Positions 1 through 12,174 of a DNA stretch of 64,000 bases are shown here, piece by piece. Position numbers and translations under genes: made by a program. Each line of letters opens with the position of its first letter. Position 1 is the stretch's first letter. The notes under the pieces were generated by a model. That model saw only the letters and a program-made list of their open reading frames with translations, was not told where the DNA came from and did not search any database. This DNA comes from Tricharina praecox (lineage: Eukaryota). The stretch is from the NCBI RefSeq assembly GCF_024521635.1, contig NW_026250413.1:744001-808000 (forward strand), read 5' to 3'.

Positions 1-762
1 CACGAGCCCATCGGGGGGGAACGAAATTGGCGGAGTTAGGCTCCGCTCTGCACTCCGCACACTTCACTCCGCGCTCTTCACGAGTTATTCCTGCAACAGA
101 TGCGATGGACGGAGATGCGATGGAGAGGTTCTCACGGAAACTGCTTGGAAAACATCGAATGCCCGACCAGGAATGGGACTTTGCGCCGGTTGCCAGTCCA
201 GGAATGTACTGGTACCTACAACATTTAGGCACCGTAGCTACTGTACTCACCTATTCTTGCGAGAAATAGGGTATTCTCAAGAACAAGCTCAAGCTCGACG
301 GGGAAGTTGAGTAGAGTTCAACGACACTCACTTCACCCACTCCGCCCCTCAAGCGAGACAAATCATTCCGGCTCCGCTGCGATCCGGGGTTCGATGGATC
401 ATAGGGGCAGCTTGAGTTGCAGCCACCAGTCTTGGTGTCAGCGAGGCAAGTCTTGTCAAATCTTGTCAAGTCGCATCCAGTCGATCCGCTGCGATCGGCA
501 GGTGCAACCAGTTGCCAGGCATTTATTTTCTTATTTTTCTCATGTATTTTTCTTATTTTTCCCAGGCATCCTTCCTTCCTGCGGCCTGCGGCCGCACGGA
601 CAACTGCGGAGGAAGAAAGAAAGAAAGAACGAAGGCGTGCAGGAATGCGAAACGCAGAGTCTCAAATTCCTGCTGTGCTGTTCTGCTGTTCTGCTGTTCT
701 TTTCTGTCACTCCGTCAGCGAAAAGGGGGGAGAGGCTGAGGGGCGGGGAGGGGAAAAGAAAC

Positions 763-990
763 ATGATGGAGGGGGAGGGGAGGAGGAGGAGGAGGAGGAG
801 GAGGAGGAGGAGGGGGAGGAGATGGAGGAGAGGGAGACGAGACAGTAATTTCCCACCACGTTGCGGCGAGGACGATGACGATGACGATGACGATTACGGT
901 GACGATGGCGCTGGCGATGATGGCGCTGGTGATGATGCTGCTGCTGCTGATGGTAGTGCTGCTGATGGTAGTGCTGCTGATGGTAGTGCG
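763..990. repeat. Low-complexity block: (GGA)n, (GAC/GAT)n and 18-bp GCTGCTGATGGTAGT-type repeats
   Basis: Visible tandem trinucleotide and 15-18-mer repeats. The overlapping poly-E/R/S/P ORFs are by-products. Confidence 0.85.
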
Positions 991-1228
991 CGCGCGCGTG
1001 CGGGTTCTCGTGAAGAAGAAGCAGCTGCGTGGAGCTGCGTGACGGCCGACGAATGGACTTTCGGAATCGGAACCGGCCAATCAACGTGTTAAGGTGCGGG
1101 GGACGCAGGTACCGTACATGGAGTACATAGAGTACGAGGCGCGCGGAAATGTCGATAATAATAATACCGTAATGTGTGGCAGGATTTGGATTTTGCCATC
1201 TGCAGACTGCAGACTGCAGGTACGACGA

Positions 1229-1374
1229 TGGAACTCTCAAACTCCAGTTGTGGATGGTGGATGGACTTCCACTCGAAAGTCAGCTTTGCCATGCATCTGC
1301 ATGCCCGGTGGAACTCTCAAACTCCAGTGATGGACATCCACTCGAAAACCAGCATTTGCCATCTGCTGCCCCGG
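1229..1374. repeat. Imperfect tandem duplication (~80 + ~66 bp)
   Basis: TGGAACTCTCAAACTCCAGT...GATGGAC(T/A)TCCACTCGAAA...CAGC..TTTGCCAT occurs at 1229 and again at 1309. Confidence 0.85.
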
Positions 1375-3566
1375 CGATGCCCTCACAAGCGAGAGAGGGC
1401 CACTGGACACTCGTTCCTTCCCTCCGGTGGCAACTGTACTCTAGAATACCGCACTCCAATTACCTACCACCGGTACCTATGCCATGTAGAGTACAAAGTC
1501 GGTGATGATGAGGTGTTTCGGTCCTCAACTCGTGCGTATACCTACTCTACCACCAAATATCTACATACTCCACCGACTCGACTGATCCATGGCCTACTAC
1601 TAGTATCTAGTAGTAAGCAAACACCGAGACACAGTCGATTGATCGAGATTGCAAGTCCGCATGCCGTTTCTCGACCGTGATTCAATTTCCCGGTAGAGTA
1701 CCTGGATATGCAGTTAGAGTATCTACATGCTTGTTGGTTCCCGCCCAACTCGCTGCAAGCCATGGCCAACCTCTATGTACCCAGGTAAATGTAAGTACCT
1801 GCTCGATACTCTATGCTCTCCCCAGGTAAACCAACCAACCAACCAACAACTACTCTACCTACCGGTGCACACTCGACATAACTACACGGAATACACAGGA
1901 GGTGAACACCATCCGTCCCAAGTTCCCAACCTGTCGGCGAAGACGTCACGCCTCACGAAGCCCACCCCCCCCCATTCTCCGAATAGCCCGGGTTGCTCAT
2001 TTCCCTTGGGCCTTGGTGGTCTCCCCGAGGAGAGTCGTGACTGGATGCGTGGCCCAACTAACCAGTTCGTTACATAGTAGCGGAGGAGCGGATCGCATGC
2101 CACGCGGAATCTGGCTGCACCGCCGGTTTCCCCACGGAAAACAGGGCTGGAAACAACATCGTCAGTCTTGGCTGGTCGTAGTTGTGGAGTACCTAGAGTA
2201 TCGTCCATGTGCATAGACAAGAAGTTAGGCAGAAGATTCAGGGCATGGTTCGAAGATTGCTTCCGTCCGTCCCTCGTATGTATGGCACATATCATATGGA
2301 GACGGCTGTCCCCGCCTTGTTGGGCCCGTGGAATACATGTTCTCACTCCATGTATGTAGAATTGGTACTCTATGTACTCGTACTCTTCATATGCATCAGT
2401 TGCCGGGACACCAATCTACCTGAGAAGTAGTATGCAGATACTCTAAAATGCGTCCCGGACATCACACCCTCGTGTACGGTAACTGCCTGGTATCACCACC
2501 ATCACCACCATCACCACCATCACCACCATCACCATTGTCGCCCGTCCCGTCGGTCCCAAGTTACAGACATACGGGGTTGTCCTTCTGTCCCGTGTCTGTC
2601 GATCGCGAACGGAGTGTTTCGATGCATCGTCGTGATGGCTATCTAAGCACGTATCTACATACCTATCGGGGTCAACTCCCTATCGCAACCACCATACTAC
2701 TTTTTTTCTTCCATGGGGAAGTGGGTTTCAACTCCTTGAGGGGATCTCCTGGTTCCTGGTACCTGAATACCCAATTTCGCTAGTTAGTCCATAGTTGAGT
2801 CGAGCTTAGAAGGTTCGCCAACGGAGCTGGGCACTGGGCAGTCGGGCAGGGCAGGGGGACGCCGTCCGCAAAGGGGGTCGACATGTAGGTGAGAGCAGGT
2901 ACTTGGGTACATACGGTACTTGGGCTTATGCGCCTACCCCTTCAAACAAGCTCACAGCAAAGAATGAGAGAAAAAAAAAGTCTTGTGTTCTCCAAGAGAC
3001 GGCGGCCTGAGCCCCACGCCGTCGTGTCTTCGCGCCTGTGCCCCCCCTATGTATGTGCTAGTGCTATAAGCTCGAGCTCGCATGGGTGCCACTGCTCTAT
3101 GTGCCAATAAGCGTCTGGGTCCCTGTCGTCTGCAGGAACCGCTCAGGGTGTGTCGGCCTAACTCCCTCCCCAATCCCTCCCCCATCCCCCCCCCCAATCC
3201 CCCATCCCATCCCCCCCTCCCCCAGCTCCTGAATGGCTGCCCGTAAATTGGGGTATATATGTCTCTCCAGCTCCCCGCCTCGTTGCTTCCATTTCCCACC
3301 ACCAGACGTCCACCCCGTCCTGACTTTGCATCCCAGCTTTCGAAACAGCAATCACTCTCTCAGTGCTTTTCCCACAGCTGCTCGTCATTCTTTTCAATCC
3401 TCCAAACTGCAAATTCAATCCCCACAACCTCTACCCCCAGAGAATTTAAAGCAGAGCTTTATTTACAGTCCTTCGACTCGAACCCGTCTGTCCGCCCTCC
3501 TTAATCCCCGACAACAACCCGGGCCGTGCCTTCATCAGAACAGTAAATCAAATCGAATCACACAAA

Positions 3567-4502
3567 ATGCGTTACTCTGCCCTCACCGCTATCCTGTTGG
3601 CCGCTACGGCCGTCGTTGCGTCCCCCGCCGAGAATGTCGAGCGTGGTGTCGACTACTACGCTGCCGAGACCACCTGCACCGATGCCGAGCTCCCCGTCGT
3701 GACTGAGTACTACCACGAGTACGTCACCAAGACGGCCGCTCCCGTCATCAAGACCAAGACCGTCCGCCGTAAGAAGACGCGCTACGGCACCGTCAAGACC
3801 AAGACCTACACTTGGCAACCCGAGCCTACTACCTACGCTCCCGAGCCGACCGTCACCTACGCTCCCGAGCCCACCTACGCTCCCGAGCCGACCGACGAGG
3901 CCGAGCCCACCTCCAGCGACGCGCCCAAGGCCACTGGATCTCCCGTCGAGCCCGGCTCCTTCTCGGAGCAGTGTCTCGAGGCCCACAACACCAGGCGTGC
4001 CGCCCACGGTGCTCCCGCTCTCGTGTGGGACGATGAGTTGGCCAACTTCGCCCAGGGCGTGTCTTCGACCTGTGTGTTCGCCCACTCTGGTGGCGCGTAC
4101 GGAGAGAACTTGGCTGCTGGCGGTGACGGAACCCCCGAGGAGTTCATCAAGGGATGGTACGACGAGGGTGTTGACGAGAACTACGACTACACCCACGGTG
4201 GCTTCTCCGTAAGTTTTACCACTCCGATCGACTCGTTTCTTCTTCCGGCTCGCTAACTGTTGAATAGATGGCCACTGGTCATTTCACCCAGGTCATCTGG
4301 AAGGGAACCACCCGTCTCGGATGTGCCACCGTCGCCTGTGGTGATCTCGGAAACTTCTTCACCTGCGAATACGCCGATGCCGGTATGTACCCCGTCCCAT
4401 CCTTCGAATCGCCCCCTCGAAGCATAAAACTGATTCATGATTTTTTCCGCAGGCAACGTTCAGGGACAGTACCAGGACAACGTTCTGTACGCTCCCGTGT
4501 AA
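3567..4502 (+). CDS. Secreted CAP/SCP (PRY1-like, PR-1 family) protein, 3 exons (3567-4208, 4268-4382, 4453-4502)
   Basis: Signal peptide MRYSALTAILLAATAVVA; CAP motifs HN..RA.HGA..L.WD, HSGG.YGENLA, GHFTQVIW, CEY..AGNV; GT-AG introns restore the frame. Confidence 0.93.
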
Positions 4503-6807
4503 AGCCCCCGTTCTTCTCATGCGGGCTGAGAGGTTCTTTCGTCGCATATCGATATCCTGTGTGCGTTTTTTGTTGTTCCATAGCTGTACATTTTGAATGT
4601 CATTTTGGTTGTTTCTGGAAACGATTGAGTTTAATGCGTAATCCTATCACCATTCGTAATACCTATCCTATACATCGGTACTTGAGTACCTGTCCTGATG
4701 TCCCAAGTCGCAACCCCCTGAGCCACTGAGTCTTGATGTTTCCTGTAGCCCAATAGAGTATTCTATCTGCCTCTGGCATAGAACACCTTTGGTTAGCTTC
4801 TCTCGTTTCTCCGATTAAGGAACTGCCTTTGCCTTTGCCTTTGATTCCAGCACGCACATGTCCCATCCGCGCACGGCGCACGCACGAACGGAATGAGCGT
4901 GAGCCAAATTCCAACCCTTGGCCCCTTACCTGGACCTGGCCCCTATCACGACTGCAGGTCCGCAGTGAGACTCGTGTTGGTGTTGGTGGTGGTATTTGCT
5001 TTTTGGGTTGTTTGCTTTTTCCTCTGGCCGACGATCGCAATTCCACGCGCAGTGGGGAGTTGCGATGGGTTCAGCTGATCACGGATACGGCTACTTGCTT
5101 GCCTAGCTGCCTATGAGGTAGGTAACAAAGTAGGAGCTTATCTAGAGTTGAGTGGAGTGGAGTATCGACGGCAATCGCTCGTTCGGTTGTCTAGATATGC
5201 AGTTTCCGAACTGGCGGGCTGGTGTGCTGGCGGACTGGCGGGCTACCATAAGTACGGCACAGGCCGCCCCCAGGCCGCAGTGTCCGCCGCTGTGCCCGTC
5301 GCTGCGGCCGCAGTGCGGCCCGCAGGTCTCGACTCTCGACTCTCACCGACCCGGAGGTCTCGTACTCTCATACTTTTCCTCCACTGAACTACGGTATACC
5401 AGTAAGCACAGGGGATCATCAATTTGTTTTGTTTTGCGCACAGCCGAGACGCGCTTATGGGGCGCGGAAATTGCAAGTCGCACGGATTTCGGGGAGGGGC
5501 TGTGGGCCGAGTGATATTATGTGTCCGGGTGAGGAATCGTTTCGGCATCCAATGGATGCGCCGGAATACCTACCGACTCCCTGTGTGGATTCGAAGATAA
5601 TGAAGCGAAGTCTCGAGTGGATCAAGTAGGTACTGTACTGTAGCGGTCGACCAATATCATGATTCATTCGCGGCCTCCCGATATGCCCCCACTCCTCACC
5701 TCATCGTCGCTCTGCGTGCGGTCCTCGAGACCCACTGATCGACAACATCGATATAAATATCGATATTGATGCCACGGCACACAGGGTTCTGATCCCCACA
5801 GTGATCCTCAGTGATCACGATCCTCATGATCCTCACTGCTAGTAATAATACCGTACTTATATACTCGCGTAAAGAGTAGAGATAACCGGCTATCATACGG
5901 TACGATACGATGAGATGCGAGACGAGGTGAGACCAGTGACCACTCGTTGGATAGAGTACAACACATACTTCAGTAGGTTCACGGTCCGGCTCCAAATCAC
6001 ACTGGAGTCTGGACAACATTGAGTGAGCCTTACGACCTGCTCCCTTCATTCCAAGCTCCTTCCAAGTTCCTTCCTCGAAAGCCGTTTTCTACCCGCAATC
6101 AAGAAGGGTACCCAGTCGATAAGCTCTATGTATGACATGAAACGGGAAGTATAATATTTCTACCTGGTATGTGGCATGTGGCAACAGCCGACTCACTCAA
6201 AAATAACAGTGTTGCTATGTATACCAAATAGACACACTTTCAAACTTCATGCAAATAAACCACCGGCCGGTGACTGGAATGCGCCCGTTCTGCTATATCG
6301 TTCACTGCCAAAAAGTATTACTTACCGAGGTACTTGCCTGGTACCGTATGGTACACTGGTGTCGAGGAAATAGAGAATGCGGCCATTATTTACCCACCGT
6401 ACTCTCGATGCTTAACCACTATATTTGCGCTCGCTCGAAGCCTTGAAGGCCGCGGTGAAGCGTTAAAATATCCGACACGCGCGGATGGAGAGTCGTGAGT
6501 CGCGAGTTTTCATTGGGCGGCGTGCATAGATAGTTTGGGCCTTCTAGATGAGCGATGTTGATCGACGTCACCGGCTCAATTCTTAGCGTGCACGAGGTGG
6601 GGTGGACGGTGGGGTGGTGGTGGGGGGGCTCTGAGGCTCCCTCGCACCCAAGGATGCATGCAGTCGTTCTTTGCTTTGCCTGCCTGCCGTATGATACAAA
6701 ACTGTCCACCATACTACATAGACCACGCCCTGATCTCCGCCGCGTCCCCATAATATTTCCCCCAACTTGCGCTGCAGCAGCAAGCAAGCAGCCATAAACT
6801 TTTCTCC

Positions 6808-9800
6808 ATGACGCCGAGCGGAAAGCCTGCCGCAACCGCCGCCACCGCAACCACCACCACCACACCCACCCCCGCTGCCGCCGCAATGCCTCCTCCACAC
6901 ATAACTACGTCCACCGCCGCGAAGGGGATTCCCGGATCCGCCACGTCAACGGCAAATGCTAGCGAGAACCAGAGCGCCGATGAACTCGTGCTCGAGAATA
7001 GGGCTGAGGAGAGCCGTAGTCCTTATGTACGCGCTTCCTGCGGGTGTGGTGGTGGTGGTGGTGGTGGTTGTGGCGGCGGCGGGAGAGGTTTCTTTTCGCG
7101 CGCACACACTCCTCCCCTCTCCTCCTCCTGCTCCCTTGCTTTTTTTATCTGCAACGGGATTCTGAGTATAGACGCGGGGGTGGGGGGATTGTAGGTTCGA
7201 GCGCACGCCGGAAACCCGGTCCACTGGCAGCTGTGGTCGCCCGAGACGCTGGCGCTGGCAAAGAAACACAACCGCGTGCTGTTCGTGAGCATTGGTTATT
7301 CGGCGTGTCACTGTGGGTTTTGCCTGTTCCTCCCGATGTTTCGTTTTCTCTGACGGTGCTGATGTCTTGCTACCTTTTTCGCGCGATCAAAAAGGGTGCC
7401 ATGTAAGTCGGAACCAACCTACATAGGATGGGATGGGGATCGGACGGGTTGCTCAAACGCCGCAGGTCATGGAACGCGAGAGCTTCGAGAACGAAGATAT
7501 CGCGAAGCTCTTGAACGAGAACTTTGTGCCTATAAAAATCGATAGGTGCGTGCGCTTGTGGCGGGAGAGGTGCTTCTGCTATATATCTATATGGGCTCTG
7601 ACAAACGCAAAAGGGAGGAGCGGCCTGATATCGACCGGATATACATGAACTTTGTGAGTCAAGTCGGCGGAATGGAATTGGTCGGGTAGATCGCAGTTGC
7701 TGATGCCCTCCCCAAAGGTCGAGGCGACTACAGGTTCGGGGTAAAGGATCTTGTCCCCCCCGTAGACGTGGGTGTGCGCTCAGACCCGTTTGCTGATCCG
7801 TCTACTGTAGTGGCTGGCCTCTAAACGTGTTCCTGACCCCCGATCTCAAGCCCGTGTTCGGCGGTACCTACTGGCCCGGGCCAAACTCAAGCAAAGGCCA
7901 GATTGGATTCGAGGAGGTCCTGGAGAAGATCGTCCAGACATGGAAGGAGCAGCCCACAAAGTTCTTGGCCTCGGCGGAGGAAATATTACAGCGCCTTAAA
8001 GAATTCACGGACGAGGGATTGAAGGGTGCCGGCGAGGGGTCGGAGGAAACGCTCGAGCTCGATCTGCTCGAAGAGGCTTATCAGCAGTTCAATACCAGAT
8101 ATGACCCGGTGCATGGCGGGTTTGGACGTGCTTTTCCCCTCTGTAACCTTACAGAGTAGGATCGTTGTTGACCAAGGCGATGAGCAGTTCCTCCCAAGTT
8201 TCCGGTGCCCGTCAAGTTGGCATTCTTGCTGCGGCTGGGTGCATTCCCAACGCTGATCAAGGATATCATCGGTGAGCGAGAGTGCGAGAATGCAAAACAG
8301 ATGGTCGTCACAACGCTGAAGGTATCTGGATTCAGTCATTCCGGCCTTTCCCCCCACAGTGCTGATCGTCTTCTTAGAATATGGCCCTTGGTGGCATTCA
8401 CGATCAGATCGGACACGGGTTCGCTCGCTACTCCGTCACTGCCGACTGGAGCCTGCCTCATTTCGAGAAGATGCTCTACGACAATGCTCAACTGTTGGGC
8501 GTATATCTCGACGCCTGGCTGGTCACCGATGACGAGCTGCTGTTGGAAACTGCGATCCAAACCGCTGACTATCTGTGCGACGGCGCACTGTCAAACCCTG
8601 CGGGGGCATTCTTCTCGTCCGAAGGCGCGGACTCGCTATACCGGAGTACAGATACAGAAAAGCGAGGTAAGACGGACCCAACAATACCCAGCTTGCGCAC
8701 GAGTCCTCGGCCCTGACAGCTTCAATTTTTATAGAGGGTGCATTTTACGTCTGGACGAGGCGAGAGTTCGATGTGATCCTCGATGCTCAAGAGTCGTCCG
8801 TTTGCGCTCGGTACTGGAGTGTCCACCGAGGTGGAAACGTCGATCCGGAAGATGACGCCCACGACGAATTCATCCACCAAAATGTGCTAGCCGTGGTCAC
8901 GACAATCGAACAGCTCAGCCAAACCTTTGGGCTGGAGGTGGACCAGATCGAGGCCATCATCAAGGCCGGACGAAAGAAGCTCCTCGAGCACAGAAACAAG
9001 GAGCGACCACGGCCCAACCTGGATGACAAGATCGTAACCAGCTGGAACGGATTGGCCATCGCCTCGCTTTCTAGGGCTGCGGCGATTCTCGGGGCATCCC
9101 ATCCGAATGAGACAAGGAGGTGGCTGGAATACGCCGAGAAAGCGGCCGCATTCATCAAGACGAACCTGTACGACGAGGAAACGGGCCTCCTGAAGCGTGT
9201 TTTCCGCGAGGGACCAGGCGACACGCCGGGTTTTGCGGATGACTACGCATACTTGGTTTACGGCCTGATTTCGCTGTACGAGGCGACATTTGATGCGAGC
9301 TACTTGAAGTGGGCCAATGATCTCCAGAAGACCCAGCTCGATATCTTCTGGGACAAGGAGAACGGCGGATTCTTCGCCACGGCAGAAATCAACGACGGCC
9401 TGATCCTCCGTCTCAAGGATGGTAAGCCGCCTTCACCGAGTGACAATATTACACGCGGCTAACGACACTCCGCAGGTCTCGACTCCCAGGAACCCTCCAC
9501 CAACGGCGTCTCAGCAAACAACCTCTTCCGCCTCGGCTCCATTCTGAACATCCCATCGTACGCCGACCACGCACGAAAAACGTGCACCGCCTTCTCCGCC
9601 GAGATCCTCGAGCACCCGTCCATGTTCTCGTCTCTGATGGCGTCGATCGTCGCGTCGAACCTGGGCATGCGCTCTATCGTCCTCGCGGACACACACGAAG
9701 ACGGCACGGAAATCAGGGAGCAGCTGGCCAAGATCCGCTCCCGCCTGCTGACAAACACCACGGTCGTCCGGTTGCATCCGGGGCTCGAGAAGGAGCCCAG

Positions 9801-9969
9801 CGGAAAGTGGCTACTCGATAGGAATCCACTGTACAGAGCTACGCTGGAAGGATTGGCCGCAAAGAAGAAGAACAGCGCCGGATCGTGCGTCCAGGTCTGT
9901 GAGGGCGGGAAGTGTCTCGCCACGTTCGATATGAGTGGCCTGGATCGGGCGCTCGAGGACCTGGGTTAG
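6808..9969 (+). CDS. SPATA20/YyaL-like protein (thioredoxin-like DUF255 plus six-hairpin glycosidase-like domain), ~10 exons; start codon uncertain
   Basis: NR...[96 protein letters not shown]. Confidence 0.93.
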
Positions 9970-10428
9970 ATATGTAGGCGTATAAGAAGTATGTACGCGG
10001 ACTTTGTACGTTTTTATTTTATTTTATTTTATAAGTTATGTTAGGTATGTAGGTCTAGAAGTGGTGGTGAAAAACGCGATTATGGATTGAATGGTGTGTA
10101 CGTACGTCGATGTACTCCTTATTGTGTTTCGGGCTGGTGGTACTGTAAGTACGTACGACTACCGCGAGAATATATCGCTCGAGCTCGATAAAGACTTGTC
10201 ACTGTAGGGTTGGCTACCAGAAGACCGTAGACGTGGACGATAAAGCGGAGGTGATGAGTGATATCCTAACGACACACCCACCGCCCAGCTAAGCCTTAAG
10301 GTTAAGACGTAGCCTCAGCTTTCAAGGGAGCAGAGCGACTGTGATACCTATGTAGGCAAGGGACGAGCTGCTTGGAAGCCATACTGAACGCGCGCTTTTT
10401 TGGAGGATTAGATATTCACTTTTTTTAA

Positions 10429-11852
10429 CCCTCTATCCCCTGGACCGTAGCTCGTTTGCGGTTGCAATCGACCGCAAGATCCAGCACACCCTCACAATAC
10501 AGAGATTGAAACCCCATAATATTCTTAGATAGTAATTTAGAGAAGATGCAAGTAAACATTTCTATTTCGTTACAGCTCTGTGGTGGGGCAACTTATTCTA
10601 GCAGTTCCCGCTCTCATGATCAAAACAATCCGCTCCCATCCACCAAGTCCTCGACAAAGACCAACATTAGCCATCCAAAGACTCCAAGACTCATAAAATA
10701 CTTTAAAGCAGTTGTGCTCTTCCTTTAGACAAACTGGTAAATCACACTAACTCCAGGCCCAAAAACTTTTCGGTAAATTCTTGGTTGCACCTTCTCCGCG
10801 ATTAACCCAACGGCAACACCAGTATCCTACTCACTCCAGAAAATGCTTAGGGATATTTCCAAAATCATGTCTACAGCTAGTCAGTAGGGTAGTCGACACT
10901 GTGACGATCTGTCGCTTCGATCCGGTGGTTGATGGTTGTGGTTTTGAAGCAGTGTTTCGGTCAGGTGTCATAAGAATTACTGAAGCCGGAACTCATTGTG
11001 GGAGAGCGTTGGGGTCTCGTCGATGGCAGAGAAGATAATATACGCGTTGGTGATCATTGTGTCAAATGCCCAAAGCCGCACAGGCCACGATGTTCGTAAG
11101 GAAGTAAGTTGCGTATCGTGGTAATTCCGTATCTGGTCGGCAATGTCAACCCCGCCCATATGATGATTGTAGTCATCGAAAAAGACAGAATTTGCCACTT
11201 CTGTCTCAAGAACATCGTCAAATGCCTCTCTAGCCTTCCCCATAGTTTTACTCTTCTTCACTGGTCGTTCATGGTCACCGGTAACCCTAGAGCCGCAACA
11301 TGTTGAAAGGTTCAATCGTATCAAGATGTCCGATCATTGGCGCAATCGTATTATAGGCGGCGTGGGGGGTTGCCTTGGGCTCAATTGCGCGAAGCTCGGA
11401 GGTATCTGACTCTTCTGGAGGCGACGAGGGAGCCAAGTGTGCGTTTGTGGACGCGAACGAGTGATTTTCCGAGATTTTTGTTTTTTTCACCGGTCTTTTG
11501 CCCTTCGGTGGACTTTTTTCGCCAGATGTGGAGTCCGGTGGGTGGAGATCATCGTCTGAGAAGGAGGGAACATAAGAGATTTTGCGTGGTTGATGACGCA
11601 GGTTTCTGTCAGACATCTCGAGGTTTGACACTAGCCTCAACCTTTCCCATTCTACACCACTATTTTTCAACCACTTCATCGGCTAATGCTATCAAACTTC
11701 AGATGTGGGTAGCCAACATGAAAAGCAGTCCTTCGACTCTCACTTTGGGGGGGGGGGGGGTACAATCGGTTCACTTTTTTTTTGATGGGGCAAAGTGGTT
11801 GCGGTCGCTAAAAAAGCCCGCAAAATCAATTTCTACGATCCAGGGGATAAGG
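10429..11852 (-). mobile_element. Degenerate, internally deleted piggyBac-family DNA transposon
   Basis: TTAA at 10425-10428 then CCCTCTATCCCCTGGACCGTAG; inverted copy CTACGATCCAGGGGATAAGG at 11833-11852; minus-strand DDYNHHMGGVDIADQIR..W...DTMITNAYI; decayed Cys-rich tail CDLPVC....NCF..F near 10690-10830; stops and frameshifts. Confidence 0.88.
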
Positions 11853-12174
11853 TGAGACACGGCGGGGTAGATCTGGGAACGTTCCGGATCACTGGTAGTC
11901 ATTCAAGGCAACAGGAATTGTGCTGGAAGATGATTGGGATCTGACAGCCACATACATATAAGGAGAGGGTTTCCCCCGCACTTTTATTAGTTGCACACAA
12001 GCACAGAATCACAGTGTTCGGCGATGACGCCGTCATCTAGATACATGGAAATCCTATGCCGCAACAAAACCTCAAGCTGATATCAATTCTCCCACAACCG
12101 ACCACTAGTAACAAAGTAACAAAGTAACAAAGTATACCAAGCAAGCAAGTTCCCAGGCACATACGATAGAACTA

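Noticed and set aside
307-1240. Long ORFs with poly-R/E/H/S tracts
   Set aside because: Generated by trinucleotide repeats. More likely the 5' leader or promoter of a minus-strand gene left of the window (GTGAGT donor near 250); cannot be confirmed here.
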